This document shows positions 62,498 to 64,000 of a stretch of DNA of 64,000 nt, one piece after another. A program made the position numbers and the translations under genes. The notes beneath the pieces were generated by a model. It was given only the letters and a program-made list of their open reading frames with translations. It made no database searches and was not told where the DNA came from. How positions within the stretch are numbered: position 1 is the stretch's first letter; every line of letters begins with the position of its first letter. The stretch is from positions 65,869,326 to 65,933,325 of the forward strand of contig NC_090395.1 of the NCBI RefSeq assembly GCF_036365525.1, written 5' to 3'. This stretch comes from Heterodontus francisci (Eukaryota).

Positions 62498-63192
62498 CCG
62501 CTTCTTGCCCCACAGATGCTGCCTGATCTGCTGAGTGTTTCCAACACTTGGTTTTTATTTCAGATTTCCAGCATCTGCAGTATTTTGCTTTTATATTAGT
62601 CTAGGCCATAATCTAAGCCAACACTTCAGTCCACTGCTACGTTGTTGGAGGTGCTGATGTGACATTAAACCAAGGTCCCCATCTGCCTACTTGGGTGGAT
62701 GTTAAAGATCTCATGGCAGTATTTGAAGAGCAGGAAACATCCTTCCCTGAAATAGCACCATTCATTAATTTGCACTTTAATTGCCATGTTTGCATTAATA
62801 AGTGACTGCCTTCAAAGTGACCTATTTCATAAATTCTGAGGCACTGTAAAAGTGCAAGATCATTCTCTAAATTGCTGTTTTCCTGTTGTCATCTAAGTAG
62901 ACCAGCTTTGTCACCACAGCCAATAAAAGTGATAGCACAGATGGTGCATCAGTCTGCCATTACCTGATCTTTGCCTTGACATGCAGTTGAGCCACAGACT
63001 GGCTGAAGGTCACACAGTGAGACAGTCAATCCCACCCTGTCCCCTCTCCCAGTTGGGTACACAGTTACATTGCCTTTCTTTCCCATACTCCTCCACCGTT
63101 CCTCCACCACCCCTTGCTGAGTGAGGGACGTGGACAGAGTAGGGAAAAATCTTGAGGCTTAACACTTTAGACTGGTCCCAAACTCTGCTGCT

Positions 63193-63612
63193 TAGCCATA
63201 CCTCAGTAGTAGCATTCTTGCTTCTGTGTCAGAACATTGTGGGTTCATGTCCCACTGCAGAGATATGAGCATGACCTAGGCTGATACATGTACTGAGGAA
63301 GTGCAGCACTGTCAGAGGTGCTGTTTTTCAGATGAGGCATTCAACTGACACCCCTTCTGCTATCTTGGGTGAATGTCAGAGACCATAGCATAATTCAAAG
63401 AACAGCGGGGAACTCCTGACCAACATTTATCTTTCAGCCGCTATTTCTAATATAGATTGTGCTCGTTTATCGCTGTTTTTTCTGGGACTTTGCTGTGTGC
63501 AAATTTGCTGCTGCATTTCCTACCTTACAGTAATGATTGCACTTGGAGTATTTTATTGCTGTAAAATGCTTTTAGTTGAGATTGTGAAAGATGCTGTAGA
63601 ATTACAAATCTT
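63193..63612 (+). mobile_element. SacSINE1-like SINE
   Basis: Head, core and tail colinear with the 1034-1500 copy. Confidence 0.75.
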
Positions 63613-64000
63613 TTGACCTCCGCATTGTTTATAGTTTTCAGTCAGTTGCTGGTTGTGCTGGGATAAGTTATCGAAATTGTTTGCTCCATAAACACAGATT
63701 GGCTTGCTGTGTTTATCATAATCAGCATCCTTAACCTGACATATTTATAGGCTCATATGGTTCTATGTTGGTAATTGTTTCCCCCAAAGCTTGGGCATTT
63801 GTACATGGAGTTCAACTAATTGAAGAGACCAGTATTTTTCATGTAGGCTGTATTTCATGTGATAAAGTGGTAAACTAGTCTTTTCTCTGATCTCAATAGC
63901 TTCCACAAGCCTTGAGGATGATGAGGACAGTTATATTGGACCGGCTGTTGACATTAGACCACATTAAAGTCCTGGGGTTGACATCTAGTCATAGCAGTTG

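Larger units (their letters stand above)
61384..62596 (+). mobile_element. Penelope-like element 3' end (GIY-YIG C-terminus plus pseudo-LTR), interrupted by CR1
   Basis: About 61419-61508 reads CKLEEQHLIFRLGTLQPCRRNLEFNNFRA*, typical of the PLE endonuclease end. The pLTR spans about 62190-62596. Direct repeat TAGTCTAGGCC at 61373-61383 and 62597-62607. Confidence 0.82.

Noticed and set aside
43813-64000. GNAI exon 2 (AGESGKSTIVKQM, 43 nt)
   Set aside because: Not found by eye; probably beyond the window, although I could have missed it.
1-64000. CRISPR arrays, operons or prokaryotic defence systems
   Set aside because: The sequence is vertebrate genomic DNA; no regularly spaced repeat-spacer array was seen.

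Overview
Eukaryotic, repeat-dense genomic DNA. The repeat families (HE1/V-SINE, SacSINE1-like DeuSINE, CR1, L2, RTE, Penelope, Harbinger-type MITEs) point to a cartilaginous fish, most likely a shark. There are two divergently oriented host genes. (1) On the minus strand is a complete 5-coding-exon immunoglobulin-superfamily receptor that I spliced by hand (23759-23720, 15181-14861, 13760-13440, 10249-10129, 5592-5502; 894 nt, 297 aa). It has a leader, a CD300/pIgR-type V domain, an FcR-like C2 domain, a stalk, a transmembrane helix with an Arg and essentially no tail, i.e. an MDIR/PIGR-like activating-type receptor. (2) On the plus strand are the CpG-island promoter and coding exon 1 (43695-43812) of a Gi-alpha gene, probably GNAI3; I found no exon 2 in the window. 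The most unusual object lies in that GNAI intron: a near-full-length RTE LINE carrying, fused to its 5' end and inside the same 8-bp target-site duplication, a 416-bp piece of beta-1 syntrophin (SNTB1) running from the ATG into the PDZ domain. A Penelope element terminal repeat contains a minimal hammerhead ribozyme fold with one core mutation. There are also two solo LTRs and a Harbinger Myb/SANT fossil. Repeat boundaries are approximate unless a TSD is cited. Family and gene names rest on recall of known sequences, not on database searches.
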